A DNA stretch of 63,974 nucleotides, the filler included, from Olpidium bornovanus S191 (lineage: Eukaryota; Fungi; Olpidiomycota): NCBI GenBank assembly GCA_017911155.1. It is 29 parts of 29 records of this genome, joined end to end, with 100 filler letters (N's around TTAATTAATTAA, not from the genome) between each part and the next. Parts side by side here need not be neighbours in the genome. Positions count along the whole stretch, not along the records: positions 1 to 2,260 come from JAEFCI010000820.1; positions 2,361 to 5,065 come from JAEFCI010000950.1; positions 5,166 to 8,038 come from JAEFCI010006780.1; positions 8,139 to 11,416 come from JAEFCI010003730.1; 25 more parts are not named here. The stretch is one strand, 5' to 3'. The translations under genes and the position numbers were made by a program. Below are positions 1 through 11,028 of the stretch, piece after piece (within the stretch, counting starts at the first letter, position 1; the number at the start of each line of letters is the position of its first letter). The notes below the pieces were generated by a model that worked only from the letters and a program-made list of their open reading frames with translations, did not search any database and was not told the DNA's origin.

Positions 1-157
1 AAGCAGCCGCGCACGACCGGCCGTCCGGGGCGTTTGTGTGAGAACAAAGACAGGCGATTGGGCGCGTTTTCCCCGTGTCATCTGACAGCGGCTCCCCCCG
101 ACCGGCTAACACCCCCCCCCCCCCCCCCCCCCCCCCTCCCAAAATTCCCGGCTTTAC

Positions 158-227
158 CGGCAAAGATGCCTCCAAGGAAAATAAGCACGCAGACCGTCGC
201 GAACCGCCACCACCACTGCGTGGTTCC
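158..227 (-). CDS. Exon of a CNNM/DUF21 (Mam3-like) membrane protein, N-terminal part; gene runs off the contig
   Basis: The ag|...|gt exon encodes GTTQWWWRFATVCVLIFLGGIFAG, matching the start of the DUF21 domain (W..x.VLVLLGG.FAG, normally followed by LTLGL). Only one exon is clearly visible. Confidence 0.6.
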
Positions 228-714
228 CTGCGCATCCGGCGAAAGTAATTTGGACCAAGTGAGCACCGGATTTTGTGCGATGGTTGAACGGACTGCCCGA
301 AAAAACCTGCTGCCGCGGCAAAAGCGACCATGGATGATTTACCCTCAATTCAGCATGCGCATATAACGGTGGCGGCGTAAGGTTCCACGCATCCTGATGA
401 ACGCCACGCCATTTTTTTAAACAGGGGAGGTGCGCACATTCCTGTAGACTACCGCCATCACACCCTCACAAACCCATTCCCGACTTTGGTTTGCGATTGT
501 CGCGTCATCTGAAAACCACGCGCGTGTTCGGACCCGCGAGCCGTTCGTGAGCGCTGCACGAAAGTTCTCGCAAGAAACCCATAGGAGATCAAAAAATGCC
601 CCTTTCGGGATGAATCTCACTTGAAACCGTTAGCCTGGGTATCCAAACGCACAGCCGTGTTTTTAAAACTTCGATTTCAGCTGGAGAAGCCTTTGAGGGT
701 GTCTCCTCGATATG

Positions 715-1211
715 TTAGTCTACGAGTTCCGCGGAGTGGGGCGCCGGAATGTCGGACGTGCAGAAGGCGCAGCGGGTGGCGGCGACGGGCACTTTTTGGA
801 CGCAGAAAGGGCAGGACTTTTTGGCCTCGATTTTCAGCGGGCGGTATACGTGGCCGACGACTTTCAGAGAGAGCAGAAAAGAAAACGGGTGGAAAAGAGG
901 TTAATCTCTTTTTCTTTCCCCCCTCGCTTGCCATTGGAGGTTTTCTTTTTTTGTTTTTTTTTTCTTTTCTGCGGCCTGGAACGCGCGTATTTTTAAGTCC
1001 GGCGAGACGGGCGTCGAACGACCCCGCGGGCCCGCTTACATTTGACAAGCACGAACATCAGAAAGCTGATGATAAAGAAGTTTATGGTGAGTTGCAGGAA
1101 ATTTCCGTAGTTCTCGGTCACCACGCCGAGCCTTTGGGCCTCCTCGCGAGTCGTCTTCGCGTACGTCGGGTCTTAGCGTCCGATTTTGTTCAGATTGCAA
1201 ATGTTCAGATT

Positions 1212-1266
<55 letters not shown>

Positions 1267-1916
1267 CGAAAAAGTCAACCGGCGGCATACCTCCGACTCC
1301 CCCGCGGGTGCCAAACGGGTAACGAAACTTAACCCCCTCGTCCCGCGAACAAAAACTTAACCAGAAATACGTACCGCTCCTGCAGTTCTTGTAGTTATCG
1401 GGACACCTCAGAACAAAGTAGGACTCTTCCAGCTGCGAGTCTGATCGGATATTTCCGTCGCGTCAGAGAAAAAAGCAGCGGACAAACAAAACAACCGTTT
1501 TGACTTCGCGGCCAAACAAAGGACGTACGCGTTGCCAGGCCAACAATAGGCGTTATGAGATCCTTTATTATCGAGCTATCGTCCAAGTTTTCGACGTGTT
1601 ACCATCAGCGTGCCAAAAAAAAAATCAAGTGCCGTTCGCCTTCGCGTAAAAAGCGGCGCGGCCAAGAAGCCTAAACGAACCCTCTCCCCGCCCTCCGACT
1701 TACTTGACAATGTTTGTGAACGCTGTCCCCATCACGATACCGACGCTGCACAAAAAATTTCCGACGGAGTTCGTTATCCCACGCTAAAATCCCTAACTTG
1801 GGGAGGGGTGGCGAAGCGTAGCGAACCTCGAAAGCAATCCACGTACGCCGTGTCAATAACATTGCCTCTCGCGATAAACTTCCTGAACTCGCCGGCAACG
1901 CCGCCTGTTTTCCGGA
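715..1916 (-). CDS. mscL: Large-conductance mechanosensitive channel MscL, spliced; extreme 5' end uncertain
   Basis: Six phase-consistent GT-AG exons (1916-1847, 1745-1704, 1575-1529, 1440-1375, 1171-1040, 860-715) give ...EFRKFIARGNVIDTAVGIVMGTAFTNIVNSIIKDLITPIVGLATHSQLEESYFVLRCPDNYKNCRSDPTYAKTTREEAQRLGVVTENYGNFLQLTINFFIISFLMFVLVKFVGHVYRPLKIEAKKSCPFCVQKVPVAATRCAFCTSD...*. This carries the MscL S1/TM1 motif (F..F..RGNV.D.AVG) and TM2 motif (NYG.F....INF). Confidence 0.9.
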
Positions 1917-2260
1917 CTGCAGAAAAAAGGGAGTAAAAAACGTCAGCATGTACGACCTGGGGGATAAGGGGGCCGTGGGGGAGAGGGTGGGGGGGGCGGG
2001 GGAACCTCCTCGCGGGCGTCCGTTCTTCGGGGCCACAGGCGATATTCCCCCCCCTTCCCCCCCCCCCCACTTACTCGCGTAACATACCCAACGTTTCCGC
2101 GACGTCGCCGCTTATCGCAGCTGAATAAAAAGTCACATTTCGGGCGTGAGGGCGGAATTTACGTCGCTGGTACCTCGCGGGTTTTGGCAACGGCCCCTCG
2201 CTCGCCCCCGCCCTTCACGCACGCCCTATCTCCTCGTCCTCTCCCGGCTCCGGGAAGGGG

Positions 2261-2360
2261 NNNNNNNNNNNNNNNNNNNNNNNNNNNNNNNNNNNNNNNN
2301 NNNNTTAATTAATTAANNNNNNNNNNNNNNNNNNNNNNNNNNNNNNNNNNNNNNNNNNNN
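2261..2360. other. Artificial contig spacer (N-run + TTAATTAATTAA + N-run); first of 28
   Basis: The same 100-nt spacer starts at 2261, 5066, 8039, 11417, 13076, 14577, 16893, 19707, 20972, 22373, 25148, 27464, 28569, 31359, 33488, 35631, 36737, 38292, 40191, 41310, 43006, 48448, 50862, 52215, 54054, 57175, 58947 and 60448. TTAATTAATTAA places stop codons in all six frames. Confidence 0.98.
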
Positions 2361-2630
2361 CCATGAGTTTCTTGTATGCAGGCATAGCTTCGTTCTTGTA
2401 AACAGCCACAAGATCAGACTTGAGATTGACTATCTGTTTCAAGTTAAGGACTTCCTGGCGCAACTGTGTACCAACAGAAGCTTAGCCCCAATGGTGTCCA
2501 GCAATGCACGATGTTTACAAAGACAATTTAGGTCATACTTTCTCTATCTCGTAGTCCTTCCTCTCAACTTCCATTTCCAGTTGAGTGATTCTTTCAGACA
2601 GGTTCTTTTTATTCACAAAGAGCTAAAGCG
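2361..2630 (-). pseudogene. Coiled-coil protein exons, possibly decayed
   Basis: NLSERITQLEMEVERKDYEIEK|gtatga...cag|LRQEVLNLKQIVNLKSDLVAVYKNEAMPAYKKLM. An in-frame TAA lies just upstream and the region is CpG-poor. Confidence 0.35.
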
Positions 2631-4473
2631 TTAGGCAATTGTTTGGGGCAAAACATGCAACTGCGGGAACCAAGTCCGGGAAAGGTTACCTCTGGGGAGT
2701 CCGCAGTTGTGGCGGACCTGGTCCTTTTCGAAACCTGCTGCAGAGGTATGATAGACAAGGCAAAGGAAACGCAAACGTAACATCAGAAGCTGAAAGAAGA
2801 CAAAACCAAGAAGGAAACAGACAACGGAAGGAGGAAAGCTGCGATAACAGAAACCCGGGAAAGTAAAAGCAAGACAGTCTATACTCGCCCTTTCAACCTC
2901 GTTCGTCGTGTTGGGGATACGGTAGCGCGTGGAAAACACTCCCGGTCGTGTTGGTCACTTCCAGTGGTTTCGGTTCCTCCGCCAAGTTGTGTTCGCGCGC
3001 TTGCTTCGCATGCACCGCCTGGGAAAACAGAACACTGTGCGGGCTTGCTTCTCGTGCGCCAGCGTGGTTGTCAGTTTACGTCATGGCCGCCTAACATTCA
3101 CAACCGTGTCGTCCTCAGCCCTTCCGATGCCACCTGCTGGTTTTCTATGATACTTTTTTTTTTTTTTTTTTGCCGCAGGAGAAGGAGAGGAGGCCGCTCA
3201 CGTTTCGTGCGGGCGGGGGGGGGGGGGGCCCCGCCCTCACCGGCAACAAAGCAGGCGCCAACATCTGCTCCCTCCTCCTCTGCTTGACCACACACCGAAG
3301 CAAAAGCTGAGGGAGCCCAACAAACGCGCCGAGAACTCTGCGCGCGCCCTCCGGACTGCGCCGGCGCGTAGGACGGCGACGCCAGGGGAAAGCGAGGGTC
3401 AGTTTTTTTTTTTTTTTGCTTTCACGTTTTTCTGTTACCGGGTGGTGGCCGCGCACTGCGCGCAGTGCGAAGCTTCCGTGTAAACCCGTCGGAAACGTAC
3501 CTTCCCACCTCGGGGAGCCCTGTGTTCACGTACAAGGAGTAGCTGCGTCTTGCTCTGTGTGTACACGTTCTCCTGGGACGCCGGTGTGCTGTTCCCCCAT
3601 GGGCTCTGAGAAGACCTTTTGGGGAACGTTCACGCTGGAAAGTCCCCGGGGTTCGGTCATGCGGCAGCTGGCGCCGGCCAAGAATTGTACCTGTTCTTCA
3701 GGGATCACTCTCCAAAGCGGCTCTGTACGCGGAAAGCGCGGTTATGGCGGTGAGCAGCGCGTGGTCGGACTGTGGATTCTTCGCACGTAAATCACTGTCC
3801 GCCAGCCCTTCCCAGTGGTTCCTCTCAAAACTGTGTTATTGAGGACACTAGGTGGTCCAGTGGACGCCATGCGTTTGAGTTTCCAGGGAGGGTCCAAACA
3901 TGCTGGATCAGGCATTCACTGAAGTCTCCAGTAAATACACTGCTGATAATAACCGACCCGACCAATCCTTTGGCGTCACGTTAGGAAATGGGGTTTTTTT
4001 CCCCTTATGGGGTTTTTTCCCCACGGTCAAAAAAAAAGGGAAGCCTGTCAAACACCTCCACGCGGTGCTTCCTGGGCAACGGTCTCCGCCCCGGAGAACC
4101 GGCTAAGTTTGACAATCTTTTGGTGAGTGACTGCGTCACCCCAGGGCAGGTTTTAGCGCAAGAATTTTATCCTACGCTCGTGAGGGTACATACCTCTGCG
4201 ACCTCCGCACAGTCCCGTTGTTGAAGTCGAGCTTGATTTGGCGCCGGAAGGTTGTTTGCGACTTTCTGCCTCAATCAATGGCTTTGGCACCTTAACCAAA
4301 GACTGAGGGGAATGATGTCTGGAGGGGGGGGGGGGCAGGATCCTCGCGTCTGGACGCTATTCCGCAGTCCGCAGGAGTCCTGGAGGAATTTGAAATAATG
4401 TCGAGTCTAGGCTGCCTGCACGATTTTTTGGTATCAGGATTTCGGCCAAAATCTCCAGATTTTTCGTTAAAAC

Positions 4474-4990
4474 TTAAACGTTTGGGCCCCGTCGATGTTC
4501 GTGGTCGGAGGCCAGCTCGGTTGCGCTGATATTGTCGATTCCCGACTGGGGTTGATTTCGGCGTGACCGTAGAGCCCGGGAACCTTTCGCGATTGACTCG
4601 GGTGCTGGACCTTCTGGAGAGAGGCTACCCCTGCGTGAACTCTGCCTTGCGGAAATTGAAGCTGCTACGCGATTTCTGTCTCGACGGTCTCCACCCGAAG
4701 CGGGTCCCTGTTTCGCTGCTACGTAGCCTGTGGCAGGCGAGCGTGTTTCCCCCCGGTGCCGCCCGATCGGCACCGCTCGATCGGCACCGCTGTGCGCGGT
4801 GAGGCCTCGCAGGTCGAGCTCGCCGGCATCGAACTGGATTCCGCAGTCCGTCGTGCCCCGCAGAAGGTACCGGAGCGCTCGCTCCACTGCTGCCCGGTGC
4901 TTGCTGCCTGGTTTCACGCCGACAAATTGCTAGGTCATCGAAGAATAAAGAATTGAGCGGAGTATTCATCGTTAGTGCAACAGTTAGCAC
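4474..4990 (-). mobile_element. Degenerate Ty1/copia RT C-terminus and RNase H relic
   Basis: Frameshifted pieces: PGSKHRAAVERALRYLLRGTTDCGIQF (resembles P...HW.AVKR.LRYL.GT), GWRPSRQKSRSSFNFRKAEF (resembles SW.S.KQ..VA.S..EAEY), and DNISATELASDHEH (resembles DNQSAI.LA.NP..H). Confidence 0.75.
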
Positions 4991-5222
4991 TTCTAGTCAG
5001 TCTTGCCAAAAAAAAAAAGGGAAAGGTATACTGCCTGCCGCAACACAATAAAAAAAACGGCGGCGNNNNNNNNNNNNNNNNNNNNNNNNNNNNNNNNNNN
5101 NNNNNNNNNTTAATTAATTAANNNNNNNNNNNNNNNNNNNNNNNNNNNNNNNNNNNNNNNNNNNNACATGATAGGGAAAAGCGCTCAATTGCGCCTGCAG
5201 GATTTTTTTATGTTTTTGGCCC

Positions 5223-6706
5223 TTAAAAGCCGACGAATTTGTCGCTGTAAGGGTCGGGACCGGGCCGGCCGTAGGCTTCGGTCTCCTCGGGGTACTGGTC
5301 GAAATTGCTGGTGTCGCCCTCGCCCTTGACGGGCGGCACGTAGGGGGCGGGGATCTGGCCGGCGAGGAGCTTATTCCAGTCGACGCCTGCGAACCACTTG
5401 TGCTTCTTGATGTCGTTGACGCCGGCTTTGAGGTTGCCGAACCGCTTGGACAGGTCGGCGGTGAGCAGCCGCTTGAGGAGATCCTTGGCGGCCGGGTCAA
5501 AATGCGAAGGCCACTTAACCTTGCCCGCTATGATCTTCTCGTACAGCTTGAAGTGGTCCTCGTCGTAGAACGGCGGGTAGCCCGCCAGCATCTCAAATAT
5601 TAGTACGCCCAAGCTCCACCAGTCGACCGCCTTGGAGTAACCCTTGGACTGGATGATCTCCGGCGCCAGGTAGTCCGGGGTCCCGCAAAGCGTCCACGTG
5701 ATGTCCGGCACGTGCTTCGCGAAGCCGAAGTCGGTGATCTTGATGTTTCCGTTGAGGTCCAGAAGCAGGTTTTCTGGCTTCAGGTCGCGGTAGATGAAGT
5801 TCTTCGAGTGGAGGTACTCGAACGCCAGGATCACCTCGGCCGCGTAAAATTTGGATATGTGATTTGGAAACCGCTGAGAACGGTGGAGCGCGAGGCCGGC
5901 GTGGGTAACAGCAGCGGAGACAGCGAACACGAAAGAAAAAGAGAAAAAAGGAAACGGAAAGTGAAGCGGAAAGACGATGATCAGTTGAAAGGAGCGAGTG
6001 GGAGGGTAGAAGCGGAGTGGAGACTTTCGGCCGGCTTCGTGTCCGCCGAGATCGGACCCCGGGTAAGAGACAAGAGCGGGAAACCTTTCGGTCGGCTTCG
6101 TGTCCCGCCAAGATCGCACCCGGGTGAAAGGAGGAGCGGGAGACCCTTTCGGCCGGCTTTGCGTCCGTCGAGATCGAATACCCGTCGCGATCTCGGGCTT
6201 CCGCTCACCTGCGATTTCCTGAGGAACGAGAAGAGCTCCCCGCCGACCACATACTCGAGCACCATGTACAGGTTGTGTGCGTCCTGGAAAGTGCCGTACA
6301 GGTGGACGAGGTACGGGTGGTCGATCTGCTCGAGGATCGTCTTCTCGTTGATCGTGTGCTCGACCTGCTTGAGCCTGACGACTTCGGCCTTCTTGAGCAC
6401 CTTCATCGCGAAAAACTTGCCCGTCGACCTGTGCTTGACGAGGTGCACCCTCCCGAAGGAGCCGGTGCCGAGGGTCTGGAGGATGACGAAGTCGTTGAAA
6501 CCCAGCTTCGCCTTCCGCACGCTCTTGCCGCCCGTGTTCGCCTGCGGCGCGGGCGCCGGGGCCGCGATCGGAGTCGACGTGGGCCCGCCGCCGCCGCCCG
6601 CCGCCCCGTGCCCGGCCCCGCCGGCCTCGGCGGCGTGCCCGTCCTTGGAGTTCGGCGAGGTGGGGCTCCGTCCGGTCTTTTCGATGAGACGGTTGAGCAG
6701 GCTCAT
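5223..6706 (-). CDS. PKA-C: cAMP-dependent protein kinase catalytic subunit; complete, 2 exons (6706-6209, 5813-5223), 362 aa
   Basis: Motifs [43 protein letters not shown] and C-terminal [11 protein letters not shown]. The intron gtgagc...ctcag joins RKSQ|RFPN in phase 0. Confidence 0.97.
6024..6183. repeat. Roughly 62-bp degenerate tandem repeat (about 3 copies) in the PKA intron
   Basis: The core ctttcgg(c/t)cggctt(c/t)g(t/c)gtcc(c)g(c/t)c(g/a)agatcg occurs three times, starting near 6024, 6084 and 6146. Confidence 0.7.
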
Positions 6707-7369
6707 TTTTTTTTTTCTCTCCTCTCCGGGCTCTTTTTCTCGGACCCCGCCCGCCCTTGCGGCGGGGGTTCGTTGTTCGGTCGCGGGATCGCGGGCAGAC
6801 CGGGCGTTGAACGGGCAAAAAAAAAAAAAGAAAAAAAAAACCGTCCGGCTCTCCTCTTTCCCGCTCCCCTCCCTCCTTTTCCCCCCCGCGTGCTCCCCCG
6901 CCGCACTCCCTCGATCGCAGAGCAGCCCCGCGTTCTCGGCAATGACGCGCGAGCGGTAACTCCCGGCCCCCACAAGGCCCTTGGGACCGAGCTGGTACGA
7001 CCTGCCCAACGTCGCACACGTGAGCACCAAGGCGCCTGCAATGCGGTCCGTGAAGCCAAATCCCGCGGGTTGGCGATCGCAAGACGCCCCGCTGGCCAAC
7101 GTCGACAGTAGCCGCAACGCCGAAGTGGTCTTTACGTTGCTGCCTGTGTCAGCACGCGGGGTGTGCACCAGCGGGGTTTTTCTCATTCATTCCGTCTTCC
7201 TGCCGGCACTTTGAACGCTATGAATGTGTCCCGGAAACGTCACCTTACCCACCGGGAACCCGTTCCCGCCGCACGAATCGCGCCGAACTACGCGTTTCGG
7301 ATCCGCATGCAGCGTGGCGCTCTGCCGAAACTTCGCCAACATATCTTGCCTACAGGACAAGCGTTGGGC

Positions 7370-7896
7370 TCACAGTAAAGCTTTTACAGGCTTTTCAGCA
7401 GTCTTCGGCGCCGCTCTCCCGCCCGTCGTCCCGGATTTGCCCCCTATCGTTATGCCCCGTCGAGGAGTAACCGTTGCGATGGCGCCTGAGCCAAATCGGG
7501 ACAACGCACATACACGCAGGGGTGTCGGGGAACTCAGCACAAGACGTGGACCCCGGTTTAACTCTGGAGGATGATCGCAAGGAGGTGCGCACTGATTGGC
7601 ATACCTGAGAGAGCGTCATCCTCGATCAGAAGGATCATCGCATCCACGACCTTGGAAACCGGCACCAGCCCAAATTTCTGGACAGCGTCGGACACTAACC
7701 GCGCGTCTTCCGCGCCGGCGACTTCGACCTTGACAATATTCGTATCTGCCGAAGGTCGGTCCACGTTGGTGCCAGGCGGGAGAAGCGGGAGCGGACGGAA
7801 AACCCTCCACTCACCGGCGAACGACGGCGCGACACAGTTTACCCTCACATTGTGCTCGCTGGCTTGCAACGAAATCGCAGCAGAAAATCCCACGAC
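7370..7896 (-). CDS. Short-chain dehydrogenase/reductase (HPGD-like), 3' part
   Basis: Exons 7896-7815, 7745-7605 and 7485-7370 give VVGFSAAISLQASEHNVRVNCVAPSFADTNIV...GLVPVSKVVDAMILLIEDDALSGAIATVTPRRGI...*, with the SDR 'VRVNCVAP' motif. Confidence 0.8.
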
Positions 7897-9437
7897 CTAC
7901 GCGTCCCGTTTCGTCCTCATGGTGAGCGCCACTGGTTCCCGGGAGGGACGATCGCTCCGCCTACGCACCCCAAACTTAAAGGAAAGGCAGATTATCATTG
8001 TGAGTCACCCAACGCTTGGTTGCAGATCGAGGGCAAGTNNNNNNNNNNNNNNNNNNNNNNNNNNNNNNNNNNNNNNNNNNNNTTAATTAATTAANNNNNN
8101 NNNNNNNNNNNNNNNNNNNNNNNNNNNNNNNNNNNNNNACGGCAAAATAGTCGCGGGAATGAAGTGATGCGCACTATGTGGAATTATCTAGTGACGTTAA
8201 TGGTTATATGCGAGAAATATGTGCACGGTTCAGCGTTAGATTTTGGAGCGATTCATGTCCGCTTCAATTGCCGAAAGAGTCCCCGACTCTCGGCGACTTG
8301 AGGGCACATTAATATTTTTATTTATTTTTATTTTTTTTTTTTTGGTAGTGATTCTATAAAGGACGGTATCAACAGTCGGTGACACGCTCGTCGCCGTTTG
8401 ACGAATGCACATTCTTGTACACGAATAAATGCGTGCAGCTGGCCGGGATCCGTGGCATGTACACCTCAGACCTCGAGAGCAACAGCTGGCCGCTATCACC
8501 TGCAAAAACGTTCCAATTCACCGACTCCCTCCCCCCGTTTCCAACCCTTCCCCCTTCCCTTTCCCCACTCCCAGTGGAATTTGGGAAGGGCGTTCTCCTT
8601 GGCTTGGCTTGGCTTGCGTTGCGTTGCGTTGGGGGTGGGGTATGGGACGGGGGCAGAGAGCGCCTTTGAACCAAAAATGCACGAGTCGTGATAAAACCTG
8701 CTACCTTGCCCGATGCATTTCTTCCCCCCAGGGCGTTTGACCGACCGGGTTTTGGGAACGTCAAAACGCGAGTCTGGAAAGCCCTGCGTCAGTTGGCCCG
8801 GAAAAGTCGGGGAGAGGGCACACAAGCTTCGACGAAAGTCGCCTTGCCGGTGGCGTTGAGGAACGCGATCGCCGGAGAATCTGCTGCATACTTTGTTTAA
8901 GGAGCGCCGTCCGTGGGAGCCGAGGTAAAAACGTAACGTAATCACTAAGTTTTCCAAATCCGGGGATGGGACGGTCTGCAAAATCGGGCGCCCGCGGAAC
9001 CGAGCCCCGCGGAACCGAGCCCCGCGGACTTTTTTTTTTTTTCAAGTTTTCCACGCGCGCAGCGACAGAGAATATGCCGATGTGCGGATTTTTGAACTTC
9101 CCCCATCTTCCCCCCCCCACCCTCCTTTTCCCCCACAAAACGGCCGGGCTTTTTACATCGGTGGATGAAAGATAGGGAGATTTGGAGGGTTCCAGCCGGG
9201 AAAGCGGCAGCAGCGCCTTCGGCGGAGTCCGCTGCAGACGTCCGACGGAACAAGGAAATCCCGCGGGCTGCTTTTTCAAAAAGAGCCTTAAGCACACATG
9301 CTGTCGCCAGCGGCCGCGCCAGTTTCCCGCCGAATATATACCGGCCCAGCCGGCAAGTCCCTCACGCGGGGCTCGCCACCTCGTCCCGTGCCCCAGGTGG
9401 CGATAAGCACCTGCGAATGCAGCAGTCCCTCAACCGC

Positions 9438-11028
9438 TCATTCCTCCTTGTTGTTCCTCGTCAGCGAGTTCCAGAGCTTCTTGAACGAGTTGCGGGCCAA
9501 TACGAACGGGTCGCCCCTCTTGACCGTGTCGGCGAACCGGCGGAAAAATTCCGTCTGCGTTCCGTCAGAAAAGCTTGACGGCCATCGCCTGAGCGTGTTC
9601 AATGCCGGCGCGAAGCTTCGCTTGTAGAACCCCACGACTGGGTAAGGCCGAGTCACGGCGGAGAAAAACGCAAGTGGCGGAGCGGTTACGGGGAAACCAA
9701 GGAGGAAAAAAAAAGGCCGACAATGATATGGCCGATGCCCGGCCGCTGTTACTGAGCACGTCTTAGCGATGTGTAAAGCAAGGTGAACGAAGCGGTTCGA
9801 GCCCGAATACCTCGTTCCGTTCTATCCTGGAACTCTACGCCGAGGTCTGTTTCTCGTTCGGATGCGAGTTCACCGTCCGGATCATGCGGCAACGACGGCG
9901 CCCGGCGGCCGCTGCAGAGACGTTTTCCGGCATTTCGAAGTCAGGATCATCGCATTTTCCTCCACGCCTTCACCCAAAACCAATAATTTTTGCTTTCACC
10001 CAAAACCAATTATTTTGCTAACCCTCGTAATAGACCCGTCGAGCCCTCCCTGATCGGTACGCTACTCCCGACTTACGATGGCATCGGCATTGGCGCGTTG
10101 AAATCCGGGTATTGCATGCCTGGAATTCGGAAGGTCGGTTAAAGGTTTCCAACGTTCGCGACGGCTTAAAGGTGGGGGCGCCGGTGTACCTGTGATATGG
10201 TCCTGAGACGCTTCGGTACTCGCCGACGTATAAACGTAGTACCCGTCGAGTATATTCCACCAGGGCGTCCCAGGTCTCTGAAGGCAGAAAAAAAAAACGG
10301 TTTGAAATATATGTCAGAGGGAACTGGAACGAAGGCAACAACCTAAACCTAAGTCCTTTGAAAACGGGGCGTCAGTCGACGCTGACAAAAGCGGCCACCA
10401 GCAGTGCACAGTGAACTCCGACCTTATCCTTCCGTCTCAAGCAAATCATTCTGCAGCTCGGCGGGATGCCCCACTGCCTTCCGTCCTTTGTCTGCGAGCA
10501 GTAGTGGAAGCAAACCTCGTCCAAAGGTGACAGCCGGTTCCCAGGCTGGTCCTCGTCCGCGGCGCCTCCGTCGACTCCGTCCCACGGGGGAAACTCCTCC
10601 TCAATCGCCCTCATCATCGGTTCTTTGGGAAGCTGGTTCCGCTCGGACGCCTGCGCCGCCGGACAAGCGGGATTACCTCCTCGCGGCCTCGCGCTCGCGG
10701 GCCGCCGCGACGAATCGTCTTTCCCGTGCTCGACGTCCGGGACGCGCTCCGCGTCCGCGGGCGGGCCGCCGCCCGGCGAGATCCCGAAGCGGCTGCGGAA
10801 CAGGTCCCCGAACCGGCGCCGAAAGTCGCCCTCGACGTCCGAGAAAAAGGGCACGAGGGGCTTCCGTGCCTGGCCGGCGGCGTCGTCCTTCGATGCCGGC
10901 GCCGCTGAAGTCGCCGCAGGATAGAAGCTTGTGGCGGCTGCGGCGGCATCGTCGGAGGAAGCGATGCTTGCGCGGGGGTCCGCCTCGCAGCTTGACGCGG
11001 GCGCAGGCCCGTCACGGGGCCGCGCCAT
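9438..11028 (-). CDS. Hypothetical multi-exon protein with a low-complexity N-terminus and a twin CX3C motif
   Basis: ATG at 11028; exon 1 ends ...PLDEVCFHYCSQTKDGRQWGIPPSCRMICLRRKDK|gtcgga. A later exon encodes RPGTPWWNILDGYYVYTSASTEASQDHIT and the terminal exon ends ...FVLARNSFKKLWNSLTRNNKEE*. Internal exon joins are not fully resolved. Confidence 0.55.

Noticed and set aside
715-1916. MscL as bacterial contamination
   Set aside because: It is interrupted by five phase-consistent GT-AG introns like those of neighbouring genes.
5223-7082. 619-aa and 401-aa ORFs, and antisense 415-aa ORF 5712-6959, as separate proteins
   Set aside because: They are intron read-through frames and the antisense shadow of the two-exon PKA-C gene; the 395-nt intron shifts frame.
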